NCBI GenBank assembly: GCA_973895155.1
Contig: OZ316893.1
Span: 16,398,645 to 16,462,644 of the forward strand
DNA: 64,000 bases
Direction of reading: 5' to 3'
DNA from: Marsupella aquatica
Taxonomy: Eukaryota > Plantae > Marchantiophyta
Shown here: positions 23,901 to 36,014 of the stretch, in pieces
How positions within the stretch are numbered: the first letter of the stretch is position 1
How the letters are laid out: each line of letters begins with the position of its first letter
Notes under the pieces: generated by a model
What the model saw: only the letters and a program-made list of their open reading frames with translations
What the model was told of the DNA's origin: nothing
Database searches by the model: none
Translations under genes and position numbers: made by a program

Positions 23901-25692
23901 TGCCATTGCCATCCTCTTTTCCTTCTCCAGCAATTTCAGCAGATTCTGCATGCCTGGTTGCTGCATTGGCAAGTCTTCCCTCCTTGGCCTAAACACCTGC
24001 TCGATCGTCGGACTGTCGGGCTGGTTGGGCTTCTCTGGTGCCGGCCTCTATTCCTAAACCTCCTCTGGTGCCCTTGCCTGCAGGGGAAGTACCGGGGCAA
24101 AGATCTGACTTCGGGCATACCGGCACAACAGCGACATGTGATAGCCAAGCCGGGACACGCTTCCCTTGCCGATCACCTACTATTCCTCCTTCAAGATCTT
24201 CTTCAGTTGGGTGAGGAGGTACCCGTTGTAGTCCCGGCTTGGGTCTGGTCTCTCCGCCAGGTAGACCTGCGCCTTGCCAATCTCTGGCCTTGGCAAGTTG
24301 CAATGCATGGTTACCCGCAAGAAATCGATTATCTCTCCTATGTGCGGGTTGGTGCAGGTGTTCCGAAAGAAGCCATTCTTCGTTGATGGCCCTGGAAACG
24401 ACCGGAACTCCTTGTCTGGCAAGGTCTTCCTGGTATCTACTTTGGTCTTATTGCCCATCGGCAAGCCAAACACTTCGGCAATCACTCGGGGAGTGAGATA
24501 AAAATCCTTCCCATACACCCTTGTGGAATTGGTTTCGGGCTCCCAAGATCCCACAAATTCTATTAAGTCTGAATCCGGCACCTCCAGCTTCAGCCATGGT
24601 AATTTCACGAAGGCTTCCAAGCCGGATCCGGCCATGAAGCCTTGGTACTTCCGAGTCTGCATAGCTGTAAAGCATGCATCCTCTTCACGTGCAAAGTGTA
24701 ATTGCACTTCCTCGGGGAGGCTCGCCGCCTAGCCTTTCCAGGTGTCATCCCTTGTTGGAACGACATTGATGGGGTTGACCTCCTCTTCTTTGACTTCTTC
24801 TTGCCTCCTGCTCCCTTGCTCGGCTGGCTTCCTTGGTGCCGCCGACCTCGTTCTCTTTGCAGGGGTGGTCTCTTTGTTGTTGTTCCCTTTCCTCTTCATA
24901 GCTGCTGCCGTGGATGTTTCTTTGAGGATGGTTGCCTTTGTCCACCCCTCCGTGCTACCCTTCAACTCCCAGTGTATGTCGCTGCAGCGGTTGATGGCTT
25001 CCCGGATGCCGACTATTCTGTTCTCGCAAAACAAAAGGTCATCTAGCTCGTCGCCAGTAGGTGTCCACAGGAATTCAGCCGTGATGAGTTCTCCTCCTAA
25101 GAAGGCAGACTTCTGCAGCTCCCACAGTCAAGCGAGGTCCTGTTGTTCTTGAGCTGCTCTTTCCAATTCTTCATCCTCGTAGGTCCCAATGTACTCAGTT
25201 GCTCATTCTAACAGGCATCCCCAAAAATGAGCAGCTTGATTGACGTTGCTCATACCCTTCTTTGAATTGATAGTCGGTATCTGCTCCCACCCCAAGTGCT
25301 TGCCTAAGCATTTGATAGTAGTTGGCTTCATGTAGTCGTCTGCTTAGTTCGTGCTTGCAAATGAGCCACCATTCCTTGCGATCGGTCCTTACCCCCCTTG
25401 CCGCCATTAGTTACCCATAGCCGCCGGTACTTAGCGTTACCCATTAGTTACCCATTAGTTACCCATTAGTTCCTTCCCATTAGTTACCCATAGCCGCCGG
25501 TACTTAGCGTGCCCTAACCCTAATCGTGTTCCCTCCCCCGATGTCCTTACTTCCGGCCTTGGCTTGGGTTCCATAGTTACCTTTAATTGTTTATATTTTC
25601 CTTGTTTTTGGTACTATACTAATGTGTTTCCAGGGTACACTCTTGATTTTTACCATTTAAACTGGCCTAGTGATTCTTGGCTAGGCATCACA
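20905..25692 (-). mobile_element. Family X giant solo LTR copy 3 (4,788 bp), antisense inside the old X copy
   Basis: TGTGGTGC at 20905 and GCATCACA ending at 25692. TSD CTTTG at 20900-20904 and 25693-25697. Confidence 0.95.
21780..25574 (-). pseudogene. LTR-borne ORF of copy 3, multiple stops
   Basis: Collinear ORF-track pieces 24729-25034, 24180-24707, 23481-23996, 22752-23222, 22428-22736 and 21780-22427. Confidence 0.85.
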
Positions 25693-26134
25693 CTTTGCCC
25701 ACGGTTGAGGAGATATGAAGGGCGGCTTGGAAAGTAAGGCCACGTTGGGAGATGCCGACATCTCCTAACCACTCCACCTATGCACATTCCAGAGCCTTGG
25801 AGTATGGGAGGATGTGCGGGCTACTCGCCTTCAACATCTTTGGGGTAGAATTGGAGACAGGGCCTTTCGTCCATAAGGAGATGTTGGAGAAAAGCCGATT
25901 GGAGGACGCACTGGCTTTGGAGAGGATGAAGAAGGAGGAAGTCATCCGGCGGCTAAGGGAGAAGGAAGCCGAGGCCGAAGAGTTAAAGGTGGCCAAGCAG
26001 GCCTAAGACGAGCTACAAGTTAGGAAGCATGAAATAAGTATCATGCAGGGGAAACTAGCCCAGACTCAGGAAGACTTGGCTGAAACCCTCAAGGAGAAGG
26101 AGAAGTGGAAGCAAGAGCTTAAGAAGGCAGAGGC

Positions 26135-27888
26135 AGCTCTCTTTGAACACACCTTGATCCAAACATCTAGATCATCCAAGTTCACAACGGATGCAGCATC
26201 ACGACGAATAGCTGCTAGCAAATTTGGCTCTCTACCATAGAGCAAAAAGTAAGGTGAGAAGGATGCAAGTGATGCTTGCCAACTGAAACGGTAGCCCATA
26301 GCCAACCAAGGTAGCTGGAGATCCCAATCTCCCAGGTGACCAACCTGCAAGCCATACTTACGCAATCCTCTCTTTACAGTTTGCACCACTCTCTCAGCTA
26401 ATCCATCTGCCTCAGGATGATCATGAGAGGTAGTATGATGATCAATCACAGCTTGCTCACACAAATTCTCAAACTTTCCATGGAACTCAGTTCACTGATC
26501 AGTCAACACCTCAGCTGGTGCTCCAAAATGACTGAGTACATGATCCAAAAATGTAGCAGCAACTCCTCCACTAGCTTTATCTAGCAATGCCACTAGCTCA
26601 ATCCACTTGGAGAAGTGCTCCACCATGACCAAAATATACCATTGTATGATGTTGGGTAAGAGGTAATGGACCAGCAAAATCCAAACTCCAACGATATCCC
26701 AAACCCATGATCGACAATAGATGAAACTGGGGAGTGGGAGCATATATTAAATGATGCTCTCACTCTATCACATACCACACACTTAGCTATCAATTGTTGG
26801 ACATGAGTGTGCATACCACGCCACCAATACTGTGTCTGCAGCAAGCTATAAGTGCGCTTCACACCAAAGTGACCCAACTCCTCGTGCGCATGTTGCACCA
26901 AATGTACTTGTTGTGATGGTTTTGGTACCACCAGCACCCTACCATCATGCAATACTCTCAGAAGATGGTTTCCCTCCCATCAAAACCTCTTGGCTCTCTA
27001 TAGAACCCTATCATGCTCCTTGGCATCAACACTACCAACAATAGAACCATTGTGCAGATATTCCAACGCCCTCACATCATTGTGAATATCTTGTTGTCCA
27101 GAAGTCACCTCACCAACATCCACATCTGAAGACTCATCATCCACTCCATCCAATGAGGTAGAGTCCATAGATCCACTGTATGCTGACACCCAACAAAGAA
27201 AGGCAGATGCATGCCATCCTGGCACCATCTCCTTATCTGACTCATCATGCCATCTGGCTCCAGTCTCATCCTGCTGACTGGTGCTGCGGCTCAACCCATC
27301 TGCATCCAAGTTCACCTTTCCAAGTCTATGTACAACCTGGAAATCATACTCCTGCAACAACAATGCCCATCTTGCAAGCTTCCCAGTAATCTTGTCAAAC
27401 TCTATTAACCACTTGAGAGGCTGATGATCAGTGATCAAAGTGAAAGGATTACCAAACAAGTAACAGCGGAAGTGTGCCACAGCCCACACTGCTGCCAAAC
27501 ACTCTCCCTCATAAGAGCTATACTTAGCCTCTGCTGAATTGTTTGATCTATTGGCATATGCCACAACAAACTCATGCCCTTCATCATCTTTCTGAGTCAA
27601 CACTGCTCCAAGTCCTACTCCACTCCAATCAGTGTGTAGCTGAAATGGTCTGCCTGAAATGGGACTTCTCAAAATAGGGGATGATGCCAACCTTTCCTTC
27701 AACTCCTGAAAGGCATGCTCCTGGTCATCACCCCAAATCCATTCCTGATCCAACTTAGTGAGTATGGTTAAAGGTTTAGCAAGCTGGCTAAATCCTTTAA
27801 CATACCTCCTATAGTAGCTCGCCAATCCCAAGAATGCATGAACTCTGCTCACATCAGTATGACAAGGAATCTGTGTAATGGCCTCCAT
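26135..27888 (-). pseudogene. Ty3/gypsy pol fragment (end of RT, RNase H, integrase)
   Basis: Motifs FLGLASYYRR, LHTDWS, EGECLA, TDHQPL and ADGLSR, an integrase zinc finger (HEELGHFG...CVVC), and HPEADGLAER. Both ends are truncated. Confidence 0.9.
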
Positions 27889-28198
27889 TTTTTAATTTTT
27901 TATAAAAATTTCCTTTATTCCGTGTGAACCCCACGGATGGGGGAAACAAGCAGGCCAAAAGGCAGTAGCTCCTCAAAGAGGGCAAAAAGAGCATGAAAGA
28001 AAGTAGATTCAATGAGTTCATGTACCAAGGTCAAAAAGACCCGATAAGGCAGACCGAGCAGTCTAAATCTATCCAAAAGCTCTTAGTAAGGGCCACTATC
28101 ATACTACTCAGCAGTCCTGTCACCTGTAATCCGGCCAGATCAGCCAAATGAGGTGCTAGAGAAAGGCTTTGCTTCTACACCTAACTAAGCCAGACTAC

Positions 28199-28690
28199 TG
28201 TCACGTCGTCAGCCTAGGCCTTAACCCGGGCTTCGGCTTAGACAGGCACATCCTTTGTAAATATGAGGGTTCGGGCAGGGAGGGAAGCACGGAATGCACC
28301 TAACTCACGTAAACTAGCGCTAAGTGCATCTACTATTATTTACGGACACCTCCTAGGTATGGTTTGTGTTCCGCCGTTGGAACGTACCTTAGTCGATAGC
28401 GGGGTTGACCCCGGCTTACGGGCTTCTAAGCCTTTGTGTTGTCCGCCTTCAATCCAGGTTTGATGATACGGTCACTCAACCCATGCTCGCAACCACTTAC
28501 CCACAAGCTGCACCCCATGCACAGCTCGGGTAGTGCGTTCGGCCAAGCGTTGGCAACCGTACACGAGATTCACACATATGCACACACACAAGCATACAAT
28601 CTCGATTTACACGAAGGAAATGATGGGAAAGGATTTTACTACATAGGAAACATGCACGTATACTTAGCTGACCCCCTGGGCCCTCAACTT
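28199..28690 (-). mobile_element. Probable LTR fragment related to the 17311-20063 solo LTR
   Basis: 28355-28435 resembles 17619-17705 (twin-hairpin motif), followed by similar CA-rich sequence. Boundaries are uncertain and I found no TSD. Confidence 0.4.
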
Positions 28691-31254
28691 ATATAATACA
28701 AGTAGGACGTGCAATCGGCGCAAGGGTATTTTAAATTCAATTCAAACTAATTATTATAATTGGGTTAGAAGATAACAAGGCGTTTGATTTTCTTTTGAAA
28801 TTCTTATAAGAAAGAGGGTGTTTATGAATCCAACAACATATTATATTTATGCAAGGGTTGTCTAATTTATCCCGACACGCGGCACTATATGATTTGTCCA
28901 CGTGTCTAGTGCTAACTAGTACACATGTCCGCCTAACATTAAAAGTTTAATACTACCCTACACTAAGGAGAAATCAAATTGAGGGGTTTGGGGTGGGGCG
29001 GGGCAGGGATTTAGTTTGGTGGGATTTTGAGTAGTGTCACTGGGGTTAGGGGTGAGAGGGGCCTGAAGACGGTGCCTGAGCGGGGGCCTGAGGGGGAGGG
29101 GGGGTCGGAGGCTCGGGTTTTTCCTTGGTGGGCCACGGATCATGGATTTTGACTGTGAGGATTGCTCCTCCCTCATATCGTGTGGCCGCGACACCCTCCC
29201 TATGTGTTTGTTAGGGTTTAGGGCACGGTTTGGCCCATTGTGCATTGATCGTGGGTTATGCTTTCTCGCTTGCTCCTGCGTCCATCCTACGCTCACCCCT
29301 GGCTCCGCGATCCCGCTTCCCGTCCCGCTTGCTCTTGTGCCGAGACCCTAGCTCATTGCAGGGCTTGTTCCTTGGCTCATTCTTCTTGCCTCTTGTTGGG
29401 AGTTTCACTCCCCATCGCCGTCTCGGTCCCTAGCTAGCCTGTCTGGCTCTCGTTCTTGGTGGCTCTCCCTCTCGCTAGCTCTCCCTCTCGCTTTGATAAT
29501 TCATTTTGCCTAGATTCTACCCTAGGCCGCCATCTCCTCAGGTTCCTGGTGCTGTTTGTGATTTCTTTGCCATTGCCGCAGCTTGTGGTCGGACCTCGTC
29601 CACCCTCGCCATCCAGTTTGCGTTGCTATTGTGTTTGTGGCATCACCGACGCCATTGCTGATTGCATTTTGAACCCAATTTTGCATTGGAGGCGGAGTTG
29701 GAGCAGGGGTTGGACGCAAGCCCAAAGGCAAGTTTGATTGAACGGTACTCAGTGTCCTCGCCTTTCTTCCCGCCTTTCTTTGAAGCTCTTAACTCAGAAT
29801 GTTTTCAATTCTTGCAGTAGTTGATGAAACTCAGGACTAAGTTGCATAAGTATACACATTGACAATGTGGATTGTTGTCCCTATTCCCATCCCTATTGCA
29901 TTGCAGCCAGGTTGTGTGCCTCGGCCAAGTCAGGACCGGGTTTGCCCTCCGCTCCTCCACCTCCATCCCGCCTGTCATCTGTCCTCCCAAGCAACTCCCC
30001 ACACAATTCTCGTCCGCCACTTGGTACGCCATCGCCATGAGCTCATTTCCGCCATTGTCTGGCCCTCTCATTGACCACAACAGTGACCACCATTGAAGCT
30101 TTTTTAGCTTGGTTTACTGAGTCTCCACACCGGTCTACTATCGCACCGCTTGTCCTGCTTACCCCGCCATTGCCGCTGGTTGCGCTTAGACCCATAGTGA
30201 TTTGGGTTGCCCGCCAGTGCTCTTTCTTTCTCAGTACTAACCAAGAGCCCTCCATTCAATGTTGTGCAGGTTGTCCGCGGGTTGTTCTTTGGCCATCATT
30301 GCAGAGCTCGTTCCTTTGTGAGTCATTTGCGCAAGCAAATTCCTCCGTCTATTGCAACTAAAAGTTTTTTAGGTTGAGGGTTTATCCCTGTAGCTCGATC
30401 CGAGGTTTCTTTGTGTTGGGCTATGTCTGTCCATCATAGGCCACAGTTTCTTGTGCCAATGTTGAAGGTTTATGCAGTGTTTTACATTGTGTTTTGTGTT
30501 GTCCATGCAGTGTGATCGGGCTGATTTGCTGTGACAAAAAGTTTTGACAATCAAGGTGACTTCATCAGGTCCCGCATCAGGTATTATTTTTGCTTCCCTT
30601 TCTGTTATCCCTCCATGTGAAACCCAAATGTAGAATGCCATGATAGGTCATGTCGCATTATTTTGTGACGTTGTCATCGGCCTTTGGGTTTTTGCAACAT
30701 TTTTTCAGCCCGGTTTCTGTTGTCCATGCAGGTGACTGTGATCCATTCTGTGCTACAATAATTTCTTTCAAGGTTTATGGACTCTTACTAAAAGGACCAG
30801 AGAGCATTTTGGGCATTGAGGATCAGAGCCATATCGGTTGTTGGTGGATGGGCCATAGTGACTGTGGAGTATTTGTGGGGAGTTCAACTCTGAGACTGGT
30901 AACATTTCCTCTCTCCTTTCTACCTACATGAAGTTTAATTGTTGATCCATTTTATTGGACAGAGTATTCCCTTCTTAGGTGACAGGTCTTTGTAACCATC
31001 CAGGGTGTCCACTCCATCATGACACACTTTTATCTCTGCAGGCAATATCCATTTAGTTTGCAGGAGGGTAGTCGCAGTCATTAGTTGAAGTGATGCTCTA
31101 AAGCGCTTACAGGGATTTGTGGGTGCGGTCAGAGGTTTGCCAGTTTGGTGGTGCAAAGGTAATTTCCTCTCATTTCTTTCATCCCCGCAAACAAAATGTT
31201 GATTAATTTTTTTACGGGCGGAATCTGCCCTTTGTAGATGACAATATTTTGTGC

Positions 31255-32832
31255 TTTCAGGTTTCCTCTCAATTTTGACATTGACCTCTTTTCCATTTGT
31301 GCAGGTGACAGAACTTGCTAGCATTGGCAGAGGCAACATTCAAAAGGGGCCGACGGTAGGAGGTATTAGAGGAAGTTTATATTTCAGGTAACCATTCCCT
31401 TTCCCTTTTTTTAATTGTGGGAGATCATTGGTGCCAGTCTGTCTTCCTCTCAGTGATTGGTCCCTAATCTTTGTAATCCCATTTTGTGTGTGTGCGCAAG
31501 TAACAATAATTGCTCAGTCAAATGCTATTAGGCTTGTGACATTATCTTGCTATCTATGTCATAGAGCTTTGCAGGTTTCCTCTCCATTTTGACACTCCAC
31601 TTGCTTTAATTTGTACAGGTAATCCTGTCAATTTGTTGTGACGCCAACTCAAAATAGCGGCAATGGTGCAGCTAGCCGGGGCGATAGTTGGGGCAAGAGT
31701 AGGAGGTACTGGCAGGCCTAGTTCAGGTAACCATTACAATTCTTTACAGACGGGATCCTTTCCTCTCATGTGATATGTTTTTGTGCTGTCAGGATTTTCT
31801 TTCCATTTTGACACTCCCATTTTTTCTCCTACGCAGCTATTGTTATTTTCTTTAGAGCAAACTTGCAATCAGCACGGGAATGAACAGCAGGGGTGACACT
31901 TGAAAGTGCCTCAAGGCGACAACAACTGATACAAATGCAAGTTCAGCTTTCAGGTGAGCAGTCTTGTTCCCATTCTTTTTTATTGTTGGAGCCCGTGCTG
32001 GAGAGGAAATGATTTGAGTTGATTGTGATAGGATGTATCCATCTTAGGTTGTTTCAAGGGCTTCACCTGTTGTTTACTGCCCGATGTCTTCTCTTTACAC
32101 AGGTAACACTCGATGTTGATTTCAAGAACGTGGTGACTTCTGAGAAGTTAGACGCGATATCAAAGAAGGTCAAGGCTGAAAAGGTTACAAACACATCAAG
32201 CTCACCATATGGATATTCTGTGACTTGGATCTTTTGCAGTCCCTCAGAAAGTAGGCTAGTTGTGTGCTATTTTGCCTTTTTGTTAGCCGAGTTCTTTAGA
32301 TTGAGTTTTTCTACAATACTTGAATGAATGTCTGATAGATTTCATTATGTTTGCAGTGATAGAGCAACCGCAATATCAAGGACCTTCATTTTGTGTACGA
32401 GGTGAGACTGAGGCTACTGCAGCCATGGTGTCAACCCGCTTTCGGACTTTGGCCGCCCTCCAAGCTAAGGCACTTAGAATGAAAGAGAAATTGGAATATA
32501 TGGCCATTCTGAAAGGACCCATTCTATGTTTGTTTGGGTGTGTACCTCCTCGTTTGTTGACTAGGTGCACTCTTTGGAGTAAGAGGGTGAACCCAACAGC
32601 AATTTTGTTCTTCAGATTGGTAGATGGTGTGCAGGGCGAGATGATCACCGGGGGTTGTCTCCATCCCCATTCCCTTAGGTGTCTGGCTTGTGATGTGCAC
32701 CCCAATGCAGATATCAAGCATGATTGGGCCTTCAAAGCAAAGTGCGCTCAAAAGTTGTGCCGATTGTGGCACACTAACCCATATGTGAATGGTACTGGTA
32801 TCATTAGTGATATGGCCCCCGCAGAGGCTTAG
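31255..32832 (+). other. Spliced-gene-like segment of unknown function (short exons plus a terminal ~158-codon exon)
   Basis: Repeated TGCAG|G acceptors and TTCAG|GTAACC or CAG|GTGAGC donors separated by T-rich stretches. Open frames at 32103-32250 and 32358-32832. No recognised domain. Confidence 0.35.
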
Positions 32833-35800
32833 GCTCAGTTAGTGTATGACCTGGATTTTGTATATTTTGGCATGTGATCGACTCAGGGATCGACTACCCT
32901 CCCGTCTTGCACAATACTAAACCAGTAGGAACTATGGACATGACCCCAAGTGGTCACCTGGTAATATGGTTGTGCTAGTGGGCACCAAACATTTTGTAAA
33001 CATAATTTATATAACTATGCATTTGATGAATTTGTATGGAAGTAACCAAGAGTCTCAAGAGTCTGAGTTTCCTCAAGGGGAAACAATGATGATGAACCTG
33101 CCAAATTTTGTAAAGCAAAATTTTGACTCTGGCAACATATGGAAAAGTTCTTATGCTGCTGCCTGCTCTACTTAAACTTGACAAACTTGGGATGATCCAC
33201 AGGTGGGGTTGTGATGCCTAGCCAGGAATCACTAGGCCAGTTAGGTGGGGAAAATGGAGGTGTACCCTATAAACACATTAGTATAGTAACAAAAACAAGG
33301 AAAATATAAACAATTAAGGTGACTATGGAACCCGGGCCGAGGCCGGAGGTAAGGACACCGGGGGACAGAACACAATTAGGGTTAGGGCGCGCTAAGCATC
33401 GGCGGCTAGGGGTAACCAACGGGAGGAAAGACCAGAGGAGGAGGGGGGTAAGGACCGCTCGCGAGGAATGGTGGCTCATTTGCAAGCATGAACTGGACAG
33501 ACGACTACGGAAGGCCAACTACTGTCAGCTGCTTAGGCAAGCACTCTAGGCGGGAGTAGATACCAACGATCGAGTCAAGGAGGGTATGAGCAACGTCAAT
33601 CAAGCGGCACATTTTTGGGGATGCCTGTTCGAACGGGCAATTGAGTACATTAGGACTTACGAGAACAAAGAATCGGAGAGAGCAGCTCGAGAACGGCAGG
33701 AGCTCGCTCGACTGTGGGAGCTACTGAAGTCTGCCTTCTTAGGAGGAGAACTCATCAAGGCCAAGTTCTTGTGGACTCCTACTGCCAATCAGCTCAATGA
33801 CCTTATGTTTTGCGAAGACAGAATCGTCGGCATTTAGGAAGCCATCAACCGCTGCAACGACACGCACTGGGAGTTGAAGGGTAGCACGGAGGGGTGGACA
33901 AAGGAAACTGTGCTAGGAGAAATCCACAGCAGCCAAGATGAAGAGGAAAGGAAACAACAACGAAGAGGCCACCCCGGCAAAAAGAACGAGGTCGGCGGCA
34001 CCAAAAAAGCCAGCAGAACAGCAGAGCAGGAGGCAGGGAGAAGCCGAAGAGGAGGAGGTCGATCCCATTGATGCCATTCCAACAAAGGATGACACCTGGA
34101 CAGGCTGGGCGGCGACCCTACCAGAGGAAGTGCAATTATATTTTGCACAGGAGGAGGATGCATGCTTTACGGCCATGCAGACTAAGAAGTACCAGGGCTT
34201 CATGGTTGGATCCGGCTTGGAAGCCTTCGTAAGATTACCATGGCTAAAGCCGGAGGTGCCGGACTCAGACTTATTAGAATTCGTGGGATCATGGGAACCC
34301 GAGACCAATTCCACGAGGGTGTATGGGAAGGATTTCTATCTCACTCCTCGGGTGATTGCCGAGGTGTTTGGCTTGCCGATGGGTAATAAGACCAAGGTTG
34401 ATACCAGGAAGACCTTACCTGACAAGGAGTTCCGGTTGTTCCCAGGACCATCAACGAAGAATGGCTTCTTCTGGAACACCTGCACCAACCCGCACATTGG
34501 AGAGATGATCGATTTCTTGCGGGTGACCATGCATTGTAACTTGCCGAGGGCATAGATCGGCAAGGCTCAGGTCTACCTGGCAGAAAGGCCAGACCCAAGC
34601 CGGGATTACAACGGGTACCTCCTCAACCAACTGAAGAAGATCTTGAAGGAGGAACAGCAGGTGATCAGCGTGGGAAGCGTGTCCCGGCTTGGCTATCACA
34701 TGCCGCTGTTGTGCCGGTATGCTAGAAGTGAAATCTTTGCCCCAGTACTTCCCCTATTGGCAAGGGCACCGGAGGAGGTTCCGGAGCAGAGGCCGGACAC
34801 AGAAGAGCCCAACCAGCCTGCCAGTCCTACGATCGAGCAGGTGTTTCGGCCAAGGAAAGAAGACTTGCCGATGCAGCAATCAGGCATGCAGAATCTGCTG
34901 AAATTGCTGGAGAAGGAGAGAACGGCACCGGTACCGGCAACGGCAACGGCAACGGCACCGGTACAGGACACTGCCCCAGAGGCCGGCCTAAGCCGACTCA
35001 GGAGGGAAAACCCCTTTACCGGAGCCAAGGAGAGAAGGAAGCCGGAACACAAGCCGGGAGTTCGAATGTATGTGGGAGCCTCAAGCCCCGAATCGGAGGC
35101 AGAGCAGCCTAAGGCTCCTTCCCGCGGAAAGCAGAGGGAGAGGACAGCTTGGAAACCAGAGGAGGAACAAGAGCCCGTGATCTGTGAGGCCGTTTTCACG
35201 GCAGGACCAGGGGAACAGAGGGGGAAACCAGGAGTCCAAGCAGTGGAGGAGGCGGTGGAGGACTACAGCAATGATAACTCCGGCTATGGGTCGGATCATC
35301 ATGTTCCAGGAGTAAGGACCCTGTGGCCGGTTTATCCCCACGCTTCCAAGAGTAGTTCGAGGGGACCCCACCCAGCAGAGTAGCCCCGAGTCTCCCCCAC
35401 CAGAGGTTGCTCCCCCAAGCTTTGACGGCATAAAGCAGACGGCACAAGATTTTCAGGAGCAACTTAGGGAGGAAGAGAAGGCAGCCCTGGCTAGGGAGAA
35501 AGATTTACCAGGAGGAGATTGGCCGGAGGACATCAGGTGGCTTGCCAAAAAACAAAGCAACCCTCTTGCCACCGTAGAAGAAATCCGCAAGGCGGCTTGG
35601 GAACAGAGGCCGAGGTGGTTGATGCCGATGACTTCTACTTACTCCACCTATGCAAAAGATAGAGCCATGGAGTACGGGGAGATGTGTGGGGAACTTGCGC
35701 TCAGCATCTTTGGGGAGGAGTTGGAGCAGGGACCCTTTTTCCAGAGGGAGATGTTGGAGAAGCACCGATTAGAAGAAGCGGTGGCTTTGGAGAGAAGCAA

Positions 35801-36014
35801 GAAGGACGAGGTCATCCGGCGGCTTAGGGAGATGGAAGCCGAGGTGGAAGACATGCAGGCGGCCAAGAAAGCCCAAGATGAGTTGCGGATTAAGCGGCAT
35901 GAACTAAACATCATGCAAGGACAATTGGATGCCGCTCAGTCTGGCAATCAGATTATCAAAGATAAACTGACTCGGACCCAGGGAGAGTTGGCCGGCGCGG
36001 TCAAGGACAGGGAA

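Larger units (their letters stand above)
15591..26135 (+). mobile_element. Older, diverged subfamily copy of the family X LTR; 3'-truncated; hosts a MITE, a solo LTR and X copy 3
   Basis: Begins TGTGATGCCTAGCCAGGAATCAC at 15591. Homologous ORF pieces at 15998-17310, 20066-20904 and 25698-26135. Ends abruptly in the coiled-coil region. Confidence 0.85.
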
